Shown here: piece by piece, positions 46,109-54,646 of the stretch
Layout of the letters: every line of letters starts with the position of its first letter
How positions within the stretch are numbered: position 1 is the first letter of the stretch
Origin: Candidatus Zixiibacteriota bacterium
Lineage (GTDB): Bacteria > Zixibacteria > MSB-5A5 > UBA10806 > 4484-95
Assembly (NCBI GenBank): GCA_037441845.1
Contig: JBBIRK010000007.1
Coordinates: forward strand, 130,575-194,574
DNA length: 64,000 bases
Direction: 5' to 3'
The notes under the pieces: model-generated
Told to the model about the DNA's origin: nothing
Database searches by the model: none
Seen by the model: only the letters and a program-made list of their open reading frames with translations
Position numbers and translations under genes: made by a program

Positions 46109-48466
46109 ATGCGCAGGTTGATGCTTTTCGCGGTATTGCTTTTTGCCTCGTCGTGCGTTTACTACAACACCTTTTTCAACGCTAAACAAGCGTTCGAACG
46201 GGCCGAGCGGAATCAGTATCGAACGAAAGCTACCGGTGTCACCCAATACACTTGGGAAAAAAACCGAGCCGCGCCCCCCGAAGAACCCACGATCGTTATG
46301 ACCGATAAGAGCCTTTACAAAGAGGCGATCGATAAGGCCAATAAGGTGATCCTGAATCATCCGAAATCGAAGTATGTCGATGATGCTTTATGGCTGGTGG
46401 GCAAGGCGCGCTACAATATGGGCGAGTATATCGCCGCCGAAAGCAGGCTCAACGAATTGCTGACGAGTTTCCCCGATTCCCGGTATTCCGACGACGCCAA
46501 TTATTACATCGGCCTAAGCCGGTTCTGGATGAAAAATTATCGTGCTGCCGGCGAGTCTTTCAATCGGATCGTGCAGAAGAAGAAATCTCCGCTGAAAGAC
46601 GATGCGGCTTTTATGGTGGCGTATATCGAATTTATCCGGAAAAATTACCCGACTGCAATCGAGGCCTTCGATAACTTCATCAAGGATTATCCTGGATCCG
46701 ATTCCGCGGCGGCGGCGCAATTTTTTATCGGTGCCTGTCGCGACAGCCTGAAACAGCCGCTAGAAGCTTTCCACGCCTACCGCAAGGTGCTAAATATGAA
46801 CCCGAACGCCGATCTATATTTCGATTCTCAATATGCCTTGGGGCTGGCTGCATTCAAAGCGGATTCGATAAAGACGGGCGTCGAGACGTTTCAAAGTCTA
46901 TCCAGGCAGGAGCGCTATTTCGAACTATCGGGCATGATCCGGCTTCAGCTTGCCAAAGGGAAATACCTCGAGGGTCAAGCCGAGCAGGCGATCGACGAGT
47001 ATAAAAAAATTATCGAGCAGTTTCCCAATTCGGCGCAGTCGGCGGAGGCTTATTATCAACTCGGATTGATCTGCCTCGATCGTAACGATCTTGTCGGAGC
47101 AAGAGAAAATCTGACCAAAGTAAACAAAGAAGGACAAAACCAGCAGATTAAAAAAATGGCCACCGCTCGACTGGCGCAGCTGACAAAATATGAAACTTAT
47201 CTGACAAAACTGGGACAAAAGCCGCCGGCCCCACCCGATAGCGGTGCTGCGCCTCAAGTCGTTCCGGCCGATACCGCAGGTTCAGAAAAGAGCGTTGCCG
47301 ATTCTATCGGCGTGCGCGAATCCACGCCGGGCGATTCCGCCGCCGTGATTTCGCCGGAAGATGAATTGCCGAAAATTGATTCCGTTGGAAGCGATAACTC
47401 TGTTATAGACAGCCTGACCGGGGCGGCGATAGTTGATTCGCTACGTTCCGTTGCCGAACCGATCGCCGCCGATACGACTAATGAGGAGGAAACCGCCGGC
47501 CTGAGGTTCCTTTTAGCCGAGTTGTTTTACTACGATCTGGAACGTCCCGATTCGGCCATAAACGAGTATTTGACTCTGGCCGACCAGTATCCTCGTTCGT
47601 CCTATGCACCCAAGGCATTGCTGGCGGCGGCGATGATTTATCTGGCACGAGAAGATTCGGCTGCAGCACGCAAGCTATGCAAAAAAATAATCGGTGAATA
47701 CCCCTCGACGCCTCAAGCCGGATTCGCCCGCAATCTTGTCTTCGGTGAATCACTTTCTTTTGAGCCGAACGCCGAATCATATTACAATTCGGCAGAGAGC
47801 CTTTATTTCACCGCCGATGACAAAGATTCGGCTTTGGCCGTTTTCGCCTTTATAGAACAAACTTTCCCCGGGAGCGAATACGCCGCCAAAAGCGCATTCG
47901 CCAAAGCCTGGATAATAAATCGGGGTCTGGAAACGGACGGTGACAGCAGCGCCTATTACGCCTACGCCCACGTGGCCAAAAACTACCCGAACACCATCTA
48001 CGGCAAACAGGCCAGGATCGCGATGGGACTGGAAAAAGACTCTACCGCGGCCCCGGCCCAGCCCGAACCGACGCCGGTCGATATCCCGGTGGATACTATG
48101 GCGACCGCGGAAATCGATACCGTTCCGGAAATACCGGGATTGCCGAACGCCCCGCCGCCCAAGGATACCGGCGAATTCATCTACCCGGAACATCTCCTAA
48201 GCCAAAAATTGAAGGGCAGGGTGACATTCAAGATAAAGCTGAATTTCGTGGGCAACGTCATCGATTACCAATTGATCGGGCCGTCGGGAAATGCGGCGAT
48301 CGATTCCGCGGCGATCCGGGCGCTAACGCAAACGGTGTTCGACGTTTCCTATATCGATGACTTGACGAAGCTGAACGATTATTTCCGCTACGATATCAAA
48401 TTCGCCCCGCCGAAATTGGATGAATTTTATCAGCCTTATCAGGAAAGGCGGGAGAAGGGGCCTTGA
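46109..48466 (+). CDS. Large TPR lipoprotein (SprE/PorW-like N-terminus) with C-terminal TonB_C domain
   Basis: Lipobox ASS-C then VYYNTFFNA; SKYVDDA and many YP.S TPR units; acidic linker; Pro-rich spacer; YP.....GRV.F.I....GNV.....SG...ID.AAI.A TonB_C pattern. Confidence 0.8.
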   Translation: MRRLMLFAVLLFASSCVYYNTFFNAKQAFERAERNQYRTKATGVTQYTWEKNRAAPPEEPTIVMTDKSLYKEAIDKANKVILNHPKSKYVDDALWLVGKARYNMGEYIAAESRLNELLTSFPDSRYSDDANYYIGLSRFWMKNYRAAGESFNRIVQKKKSPLKDDAAFMVAYIEFIRKNYPTAIEAFDNFIKDYPGSDSAAAAQFFIGACRDSLKQPLEAFHAYRKVLNMNPNADLYFDSQYALGLAAFKADSIKTGVETFQSLSRQERYFELSGMIRLQLAKGKYLEGQAEQAIDEYKKIIEQFPNSAQSAEAYYQLGLICLDRNDLVGARENLTKVNKEGQNQQIKKMATARLAQLTKYETYLTKLGQKPPAPPDSGAAPQVVPADTAGSEKSVADSIGVRESTPGDSAAVISPEDELPKIDSVGSDNSVIDSLTGAAIVDSLRSVAEPIAADTTNEEETAGLRFLLAELFYYDLERPDSAINEYLTLADQYPRSSYAPKALLAAAMIYLAREDSAAARKLCKKIIGEYPSTPQAGFARNLVFGESLSFEPNAESYYNSAESLYFTADDKDSALAVFAFIEQTFPGSEYAAKSAFAKAWIINRGLETDGDSSAYYAYAHVAKNYPNTIYGKQARIAMGLEKDSTAAPAQPEPTPVDIPVDTMATAEIDTVPEIPGLPNAPPPKDTGEFIYPEHLLSQKLKGRVTFKIKLNFVGNVIDYQLIGPSGNAAIDSAAIRALTQTVFDVSYIDDLTKLNDYFRYDIKFAPPKLDEFYQPYQERREKGP

Positions 48467-48467
48467 T

Positions 48468-49283
48468 TTGAAATACAGCGGCGAGGCGGCAATTACCCGA
48501 AAAACCATAATCTCGGAGAAGATATTCAGTATCGAACTCGATTGCCCCGAGATCGCCGAACAGGCATTGCCGGGTCAGTTTGTTCAAGTCAAGATACCGG
48601 GGTTCCAGACAGCGATTTGGCCGCGGCCTTTTTCGATTCATGACGCCCATGACGGGCGAATCGTTCTTTTCATAAAAAAATACGGCCGCATCACCGATTT
48701 ATTGGCTTCATTGCCCCAGCCACAAAAGCTTTTGGTAACCGGTCCCTTGGGAAATGGATTTCACCTGCCTTCGGATTTGGCCGAGATTATTCTTGTCGCC
48801 GGCGGAGTCGGTTTGCCGCCGCTGCATTTTCTATGCAAGAAACTGATCGCCGATGGCCTCAGCCCGAATGCCGTCCGCTTTTATTCGGGAGCCAAAAACA
48901 GATCCGAATTATTCGCCCATGAGGCGTTGCTGAAGCTCGGTGTCGATTACCGCGTGGCGACGGAGGATGGAAGTGCGGGTTACAAGGGACTTGTAACGCA
49001 TCTATTGGAAAACGATCTGGAGGGAAAATCGGGGCTGCTCATTTGCGCCTGCGGCCCCATGGCGATGATGAAAGCGGTGGCCATGATAAGCGGCGGCCAT
49101 CGCTGTCTGCTTTCGCTCGAACAGTTGATGCCTTGCGGCTGGGGAGTATGCAACGGCTGCGCCGTCAAAATCAAAAGTAACGATCCGCAAACCACTGAGG
49201 ACGAACGCGGATTTCGTTTGGCGAGGGTATGTAAAGAAGGACCCGTATTCGAATCCGGAATGATCGAATGGAACCGAACTTAA
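48468..49283 (+). CDS. pyrK: Dihydroorotate dehydrogenase electron-transfer subunit
   Basis: PGQFV, RPFSI, GPLGNGF, AGGVG, CGP..MM, CGWGVCNGC...VCKEGPVF; adjacent to pyrD. Confidence 0.93.
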   Translation: MKYSGEAAITRKTIISEKIFSIELDCPEIAEQALPGQFVQVKIPGFQTAIWPRPFSIHDAHDGRIVLFIKKYGRITDLLASLPQPQKLLVTGPLGNGFHLPSDLAEIILVAGGVGLPPLHFLCKKLIADGLSPNAVRFYSGAKNRSELFAHEALLKLGVDYRVATEDGSAGYKGLVTHLLENDLEGKSGLLICACGPMAMMKAVAMISGGHRCLLSLEQLMPCGWGVCNGCAVKIKSNDPQTTEDERGFRLARVCKEGPVFESGMIEWNRT

Positions 49284-50185
49284 CGGTGGAAATCGCCGGC
49301 ATTAAGCTCAAAAACCCGATAATGTCGGCATCGGGCTGTTTCGGTTACGGCGACGAAGCCGCCGATTTTATCGACCCGGCCCGGCTGGGGGCGGTGGTTA
49401 CCAAATCGATAACTCCTTTGCCGAGAACCGGTCATCCACCGCCCAAAGTGGCGGAGACCGCCTCCGGCATGTTGAATGCCATCGGTCTTTCCAATATCGG
49501 GCTGGAGGCATTTATCGAAAGCAAATTGCCCTACTTGCGTGAGCGCGGTTGCGTGACGATCGTGAATATCGCCGGCAGGACGGTGAACGAATATGTTGCG
49601 CTCGCCAGTAAGTTGTCGGAACAGCCCGGGGTGCATGCTCTTGAGGTGAACATATCCTGCCCCAACGTCGAAATCGGCGGTCTCGAATTCGGCGCCTCGG
49701 AAAAGGGAACCGCCCAAGTGATCGGCGAAGTGCGCAAAATTTCCAAAGTGCCGATCATCGCCAAACTTTCGCCCAATGTAACCGATATCGTGGCGATTGC
49801 GAAGTCGGCCGAGTCCGCCGGCGCCGATGCGGTTTCGCTTATCAATACGCTTATCGGAACGGCCATCGACGCCAAATCCATGAAGTTCAAACTTTCCAAT
49901 AAATTCGGCGGTCTTTCCGGCCCGGCCATAAAACCGGTGGCTTTGGCCATGGTCTATAAAGTATCCCGAGTCTTGAAAATCCCGGTTATAGGCATAGGCG
50001 GTATCGGCTGCGGCGAGGATGTAATCGAATTCATGCTCGCCGGCGCATCGGCGGTTCAGATAGGAACCGCATGTTTCGCCGAACCGACCGTTTTCGACCG
50101 CGCGCTCGAGGAAATCCGGGCTTATCTCGTGCAACGGAATATCGGAGATATCGGAGAAATAATCGGAAAGGTCCGCGATGCTTGA
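49268..50185 (+). CDS. pyrD: Dihydroorotate dehydrogenase, class 1B catalytic subunit
   Basis: KNP...ASG, MLNAIGL.N, EVNISCPN, KLSPNVTDI, LINT, GGLSGPAIKP, IGTA. Confidence 0.97.
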   Translation: MEPNLTVEIAGIKLKNPIMSASGCFGYGDEAADFIDPARLGAVVTKSITPLPRTGHPPPKVAETASGMLNAIGLSNIGLEAFIESKLPYLRERGCVTIVNIAGRTVNEYVALASKLSEQPGVHALEVNISCPNVEIGGLEFGASEKGTAQVIGEVRKISKVPIIAKLSPNVTDIVAIAKSAESAGADAVSLINTLIGTAIDAKSMKFKLSNKFGGLSGPAIKPVALAMVYKVSRVLKIPVIGIGGIGCGEDVIEFMLAGASAVQIGTACFAEPTVFDRALEEIRAYLVQRNIGDIGEIIGKVRDA

Positions 50186-51041
50186 GGGCAATTTTACGAA
50201 TGCGCTGCGCCGCGCATCACACAAAAACAAAAGCTGGATCTGCCTGGGGCTCGATCCCGATCCCGAAAAATTCCCCCGAGGTTTTTCGCGCACTCCCGCC
50301 GGGGCGTTGTCGTTTCTTGCCGAAATCGTGATGGCCACCAAGAGCCACGTCTGCGCCTACAAACCGAATATCGCCTTTTTCGAACGCTGGGGCGCCCGCG
50401 GGCTGAAAATTTTGAAAGATCTGATTGATTTCGTTCCCGAAGAAATTCCGATAATCCTCGATGCCAAGAGGGGGGATATAGGCAATACCTCGGCGAATTA
50501 CGCCAAAGCCGCTTTCGAGCATTTCTTGGCCGATGCCGTAACCGTGAATCCTTATCTCGGATACGACTCTATCGAACCTTTTATCCGCTACGGCGATAAG
50601 GAGATTTTCCTACTATGTCTTACTTCCAATCCGTCAGCGGCAGATTTTCAAAAACAGACCGTCATGCTGGATTCCGGGGAGAAGCTGAAACTTTATCAGC
50701 TGGTGGTGCGCAAAGCGGTCGAATGGAACAGATACGGGAATATCGGCTTGGTGGTCGGAGCCACACACCCCTCGGAGCTTGCGGAAATCAGGCAATCGAT
50801 TCCCGATGAAATGCCCATACTTATCCCCGGTGTCGGCGCGCAAGGGGGCGATCTGGAAAAATCGTTGAAAGCAGGCGCCAATTCCAAGGGTGAGTTGGCC
50901 GTAATCAACGTATCTCGATCGGTTCTGTATGCCTCCCAAGACGACGATTTCGCGGAAAAAGCCAAAGCCGAAACAGCGAAATTGGCTGAATCGTGCGCCG
51001 GTTTTTTTCTCAATGCTCAAAGCGGCGGCGCCGGAATATGA
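50178..51041 (+). CDS. pyrF: Orotidine-5'-phosphate decarboxylase
   Basis: CLGLDP, YKPNIAFF, ILDAKRGDIGNT, TVNPYLG, TSNP, VVGAT, LIPGVGAQGG. Confidence 0.97.
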   Translation: MLEGNFTNALRRASHKNKSWICLGLDPDPEKFPRGFSRTPAGALSFLAEIVMATKSHVCAYKPNIAFFERWGARGLKILKDLIDFVPEEIPIILDAKRGDIGNTSANYAKAAFEHFLADAVTVNPYLGYDSIEPFIRYGDKEIFLLCLTSNPSAADFQKQTVMLDSGEKLKLYQLVVRKAVEWNRYGNIGLVVGATHPSELAEIRQSIPDEMPILIPGVGAQGGDLEKSLKAGANSKGELAVINVSRSVLYASQDDDFAEKAKAETAKLAESCAGFFLNAQSGGAGI

Positions 51042-51083
51042 TTTGACGGCAAATAATCAGTCCCATTTCCGAAAGGAGACGAC

Positions 51084-52364
51084 ATGGACAGGTTTATCGG
51101 CCTTCTCGGCATCGTTTTCATGTTTGGAATCGCCTGGCTGGTTTCACTAAATCGGCGGAATTTCCCTTGGCGGACGGTCGCCTATGGTCTCGGTCTTCAA
51201 CTTGCGTTTGCGTTGATAATACTGAAAACATATCCCGGTAAATGGGTCTTCGAAAAATTCAATTTCATCATTTTGACCATATTGAGCTGCGCCGATAAGG
51301 GCTCGCAATTCGTTTTCGGCAACCTTATAAATCGCTTTTTGCCGATCGGAACTGTTGGGCCGGACGGACAGTTCGTCGGCTCGGACGGCGGCCTGGTTCT
51401 CGATGCCGGAACCGCCTTTTTCGCATTCAAGGTGCTGCCCACCATAATTTTTTTCTCCGCTTTCATGACCGTGCTTTATCACTATGGAATCATGCAGAAA
51501 GTGGTCGTGCTTCTGGCTAAAATAATGGCCAAGACGATGAAGACTTCAGGGGCCGAATCGTTGTCCGCCTCAGCCAATATATTCGTCGGTCAGACCGAAG
51601 CGCCGCTGGTGGTCAAACCATATATCGGCAAGATGACCCAATCGGAATTGAACGCCGTAATGGTCGGTGGTTTCGCCACGATAGCCGGCGGGGTGATGGC
51701 GGCCTATGTCGGGCTTCTCAAAGATATTATCCCCAACATAGCCGGGCATCTGATGTCGGCCTCGATAATGTCGGCGCCGGCCGGGTTGGCGCTGGCCAAA
51801 GTGATTATCCCCGAGACGGAGGAGCCGTTGACAAGAGGAATTGTCAAGCTCAAAGTAGAAAAACTCGACGCCAACGTTATCGACGCCGCGGCGCGGGGCG
51901 CCACCGACGGTTTGCGGCTGGCGCTGAACGTCGGCGCCATGCTGATCGCATTTATCGGTTTGATAACCTTGATTAACATAACCCTCGGCTTGTTTTGGAA
52001 AGAGTTGTCCTTGACTTGGATTTTCGGCAAGACCCTGGCGCCGTTGGCCTGGCTTATGGGAATACCGTGGCAGGATTGCGCCAAATTCGGGGATATAATG
52101 GGCACCCAGGTCACCGCCAACGAATTCGTCGCTTACCTGAAACTGCACGATTATGCTCCGCAGATGAGTCAACGGGCCGCCACGCTTGGAACTTACGCCA
52201 TGTGCGGCTTCGCCAATTTCAGTTCGGTCGGGATACAACTTGGCGGGATCGGCGGTATCGCCCCGGAACGGCGAAGTGATTTGGCCAAGATAGCCATGCG
52301 GGCTCTTTTGGCCGGCGCATTTTCGTCTTGGTGCACCTGTTGCGTGGCGGGGATATTGATATGA
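51084..52364 (+). CDS. nupC: NupC/CNT-family nucleoside:cation symporter
   Basis: G.QFVFG, VLPTIIFFS, ANIFVGQTEAPL, GFATIAG, NEFVAY, CGFANFSS.GI..GG. Confidence 0.94.
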   Translation: MDRFIGLLGIVFMFGIAWLVSLNRRNFPWRTVAYGLGLQLAFALIILKTYPGKWVFEKFNFIILTILSCADKGSQFVFGNLINRFLPIGTVGPDGQFVGSDGGLVLDAGTAFFAFKVLPTIIFFSAFMTVLYHYGIMQKVVVLLAKIMAKTMKTSGAESLSASANIFVGQTEAPLVVKPYIGKMTQSELNAVMVGGFATIAGGVMAAYVGLLKDIIPNIAGHLMSASIMSAPAGLALAKVIIPETEEPLTRGIVKLKVEKLDANVIDAAARGATDGLRLALNVGAMLIAFIGLITLINITLGLFWKELSLTWIFGKTLAPLAWLMGIPWQDCAKFGDIMGTQVTANEFVAYLKLHDYAPQMSQRAATLGTYAMCGFANFSSVGIQLGGIGGIAPERRSDLAKIAMRALLAGAFSSWCTCCVAGILI

Positions 52365-52550
52365 AAATTGACGCAGCAGGATTGTTTAGGCTAACCGCAT
52401 AGCAATCTTGACCTTGTGTTTCAAGACGGGGTAGGCGAAAAAGTCGGACCTCAGCCAAAATTCAGCGTGCGGGAACCATCGCCGATATAAATCAGTAATA
52501 GTTTTAATAATAAAAGGCGGGAATATAATAAATAGACATGGAGGTATGTT

Positions 52551-53528
52551 TTGAAACCGATGATAATCGCAATGGCTTTGATATTCTTGTTGGGCATATT
52601 GGGTTCCGCCATAAGTCTCCATGCCGCTTACAAGGCTTATCGCCAGAAGGCCGTGCTGGTGATGCTGGCTGTCATTTTCGTGCTGACCGGCCTGGGTTAC
52701 GCTTTCGGCTTGTGGTCCGCCTACCAGGGACGCAAGCAATCCTATGCCATCAGCCATCTTCGATCGCAACTCGATCAGCGCGATCAGATATTGACTTCGA
52801 TAAACGCCGAATCGTCGAAAAGGCTGATTTTTCTGCATCATTCGGTCGGTAGCGAGTGGCTGGGCCAGGGGCGTCTCGCCGCGGAATTGATGAAACATGG
52901 GATCGCAGTCCATGATGCCACCTACGGCGACGAGATCGGACAGAATACCGATATTTGCCACTGGCTCCCGAAATTCCGCAATGACATGCAGAAGATTTTC
53001 CGGTTCGACCGTCATCCCAATATCTATTACTCCGGCTCCCAAGAAAACGACATAATCATGTTCAAATCATGTTTTCCCAACAGTGATATCGTAGATGACG
53101 GCACGGACCCCGGCAATCCGACCGATCCGACTCGGACGTTGGTTAATTTCAAAGCGGCGTTCTTGGAAATGGCCAAGGATTTATCGAACTATCCGAGCAA
53201 ACTATTTATATATGTAACCGCGCCGCCGCTCGTGCCGAAAGCCACAACCCCCGAAAATGCGGGGCGTGCCCGTAAATTCAACGAATGGCTGAAGAGCGAA
53301 TTCTTGAACCAATACCGTCGGGAAACCGGTCTCGACAACCTGCTCGTGTTTGACCTTTTCGATGTATTGGCCGATGAAAACGGTTTCTTGCGCCGGGAAT
53401 TTCAAAAGAAAGACACCGACTCACACCCGAATGCCCAGGGAGGGATGGCGGCCACCGAATCTTTTATCAAGTTCTTGAAGGAAAAGGGCGTGATTAATCA
53501 GCCAACCCTGGCCGCCGCCGGTTCATGA
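52551..53528 (+). CDS. Membrane-anchored SGNH-hydrolase-like protein
   Basis: GGAGG then TTG; two N-terminal TM segments; IFLHHSVG, IMFKSCFP, T.PPL, RAR.FN.WL, D.SHPN (DxH-like). Confidence 0.6.
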   Translation: MKPMIIAMALIFLLGILGSAISLHAAYKAYRQKAVLVMLAVIFVLTGLGYAFGLWSAYQGRKQSYAISHLRSQLDQRDQILTSINAESSKRLIFLHHSVGSEWLGQGRLAAELMKHGIAVHDATYGDEIGQNTDICHWLPKFRNDMQKIFRFDRHPNIYYSGSQENDIIMFKSCFPNSDIVDDGTDPGNPTDPTRTLVNFKAAFLEMAKDLSNYPSKLFIYVTAPPLVPKATTPENAGRARKFNEWLKSEFLNQYRRETGLDNLLVFDLFDVLADENGFLRREFQKKDTDSHPNAQGGMAATESFIKFLKEKGVINQPTLAAAGS

Positions 53529-53549
53529 CAAATTCAAAGAATGTTCAAT

Positions 53550-53580
53550 AAAAGCCGCCTTTCCCAAAGGGCGGCTTTTT
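53550..53580. terminator. Bidirectional intrinsic terminator
   Basis: AAAAGCCGCCTTT-CCC-AAAGGGCGGCTTTTT between convergent genes. Confidence 0.8.
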
Positions 53581-53595
53581 CATTTTGATATTCGA

Positions 53596-54570
53596 TTATT
53601 TCAAGCGGATATCATCGAGAAATAAAGTTACCGGATTGCGGATCACTCCGGCGTAGATATGAATCGAGTTGATGGCTTTCATGTCCATCTGGCGGCCTTT
53701 TGGAGCGGTGCGGATTTTTTCGAGCGGCACGGCTATCTCATTCAGGCCGGACTTCAAATCGACGGTGAGGTTGAATCGGTCTTCGTAAGAGTTGTCGGTT
53801 CGGTAATCCTCGATTCGCAAGCCTACGGTGATTATTTCCGTTTCCGGAGAAAAAATCAGCATACTTAGAAGCGAAAAACCGTTCCAATCCGGATAAGGTT
53901 CTTCTATCGAAAAGGTCGGGTATTTTGCTGGCAGAAAGGTCAACCTGCCCACTTTGCCCGAATGATTCGCCCAGGCGGGCGGCGTGGGAACCGAGGCCAG
54001 GCTGACTTTCCTTGTTTTCAAGAGCGGGCGAGACCAGATCGATTCGAAATCGGCGATTATCGGGAATGTGTGGTTTCTATGAATATAGGAGCCGGCCAAA
54101 AACGCCAGCGGAGCCAAAGCGCCCAGCAAAACCACGATGGAGAACCCAAGCAACAATTTCCGCAACTTGACTCCGGCGAATTTCGCTCCGGGGGCCAGCC
54201 TGCTGTCTATCGCCCCCCGCAAACCGAGAACCGCCACAGCGCCGGCTATGTCCCTGGTAAGATCATAAAGGTCGGAATCGCCGGGCAGATATATTTGCGC
54301 TAATTCGACAACGGCTCCGGAGGATACCGTGATTATCAACGCCAAAACATACTGACGAAGCGGGCGGTTTTCCATCGCCGTCCAGTGCTGCCTGATCATC
54401 GTCAGAACCGCCAGCGCGAACGCGCCGAATAAAAACGTGTGGCCGGTGTTATGAATCTCCCGCCATAGGTAAGTATGAGAGGGCAACTTGAGTTTGGCGA
54501 TGATTAAAAATACGCCGATTATGACCGCGATCGAAAAGAACAACCTGATTATCTTTTTGGGTTTGAGCAT
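53596..54570 (-). CDS. VanZ-like membrane protein with C-terminal carbohydrate-binding-like domain
   Basis: GH..LFG and ELAQIYLPG.....DL..D VanZ pattern; about 5 TM helices; IADFE...YP......DW.GF..L...RIED...G.NEI..PL...LFLDDIRL beta-sandwich. Confidence 0.72.
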   Translation of the reverse strand: MLKPKKIIRLFFSIAVIIGVFLIIAKLKLPSHTYLWREIHNTGHTFLFGAFALAVLTMIRQHWTAMENRPLRQYVLALIITVSSGAVVELAQIYLPGDSDLYDLTRDIAGAVAVLGLRGAIDSRLAPGAKFAGVKLRKLLLGFSIVVLLGALAPLAFLAGSYIHRNHTFPIIADFESIWSRPLLKTRKVSLASVPTPPAWANHSGKVGRLTFLPAKYPTFSIEEPYPDWNGFSLLSMLIFSPETEIITVGLRIEDYRTDNSYEDRFNLTVDLKSGLNEIAVPLEKIRTAPKGRQMDMKAINSIHIYAGVIRNPVTLFLDDIRLK

Positions 54571-54577
54571 ATCGAAC

Positions 54578-54607
54578 ATTATAATCAAAGCATGGCGCCC
54601 TGAACAA
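54578..54607 (-). promoter_or_regulatory. Putative sigma70 promoter giving a leaderless mRNA
   Basis: TTGTTC-18nt-TATAAT, then 7 nt before ATG 54570. Confidence 0.55.
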
Positions 54608-54646
54608 GCCCGTTAAATGTGGGTGTTCGAAGCTCTTCCAAAACCT

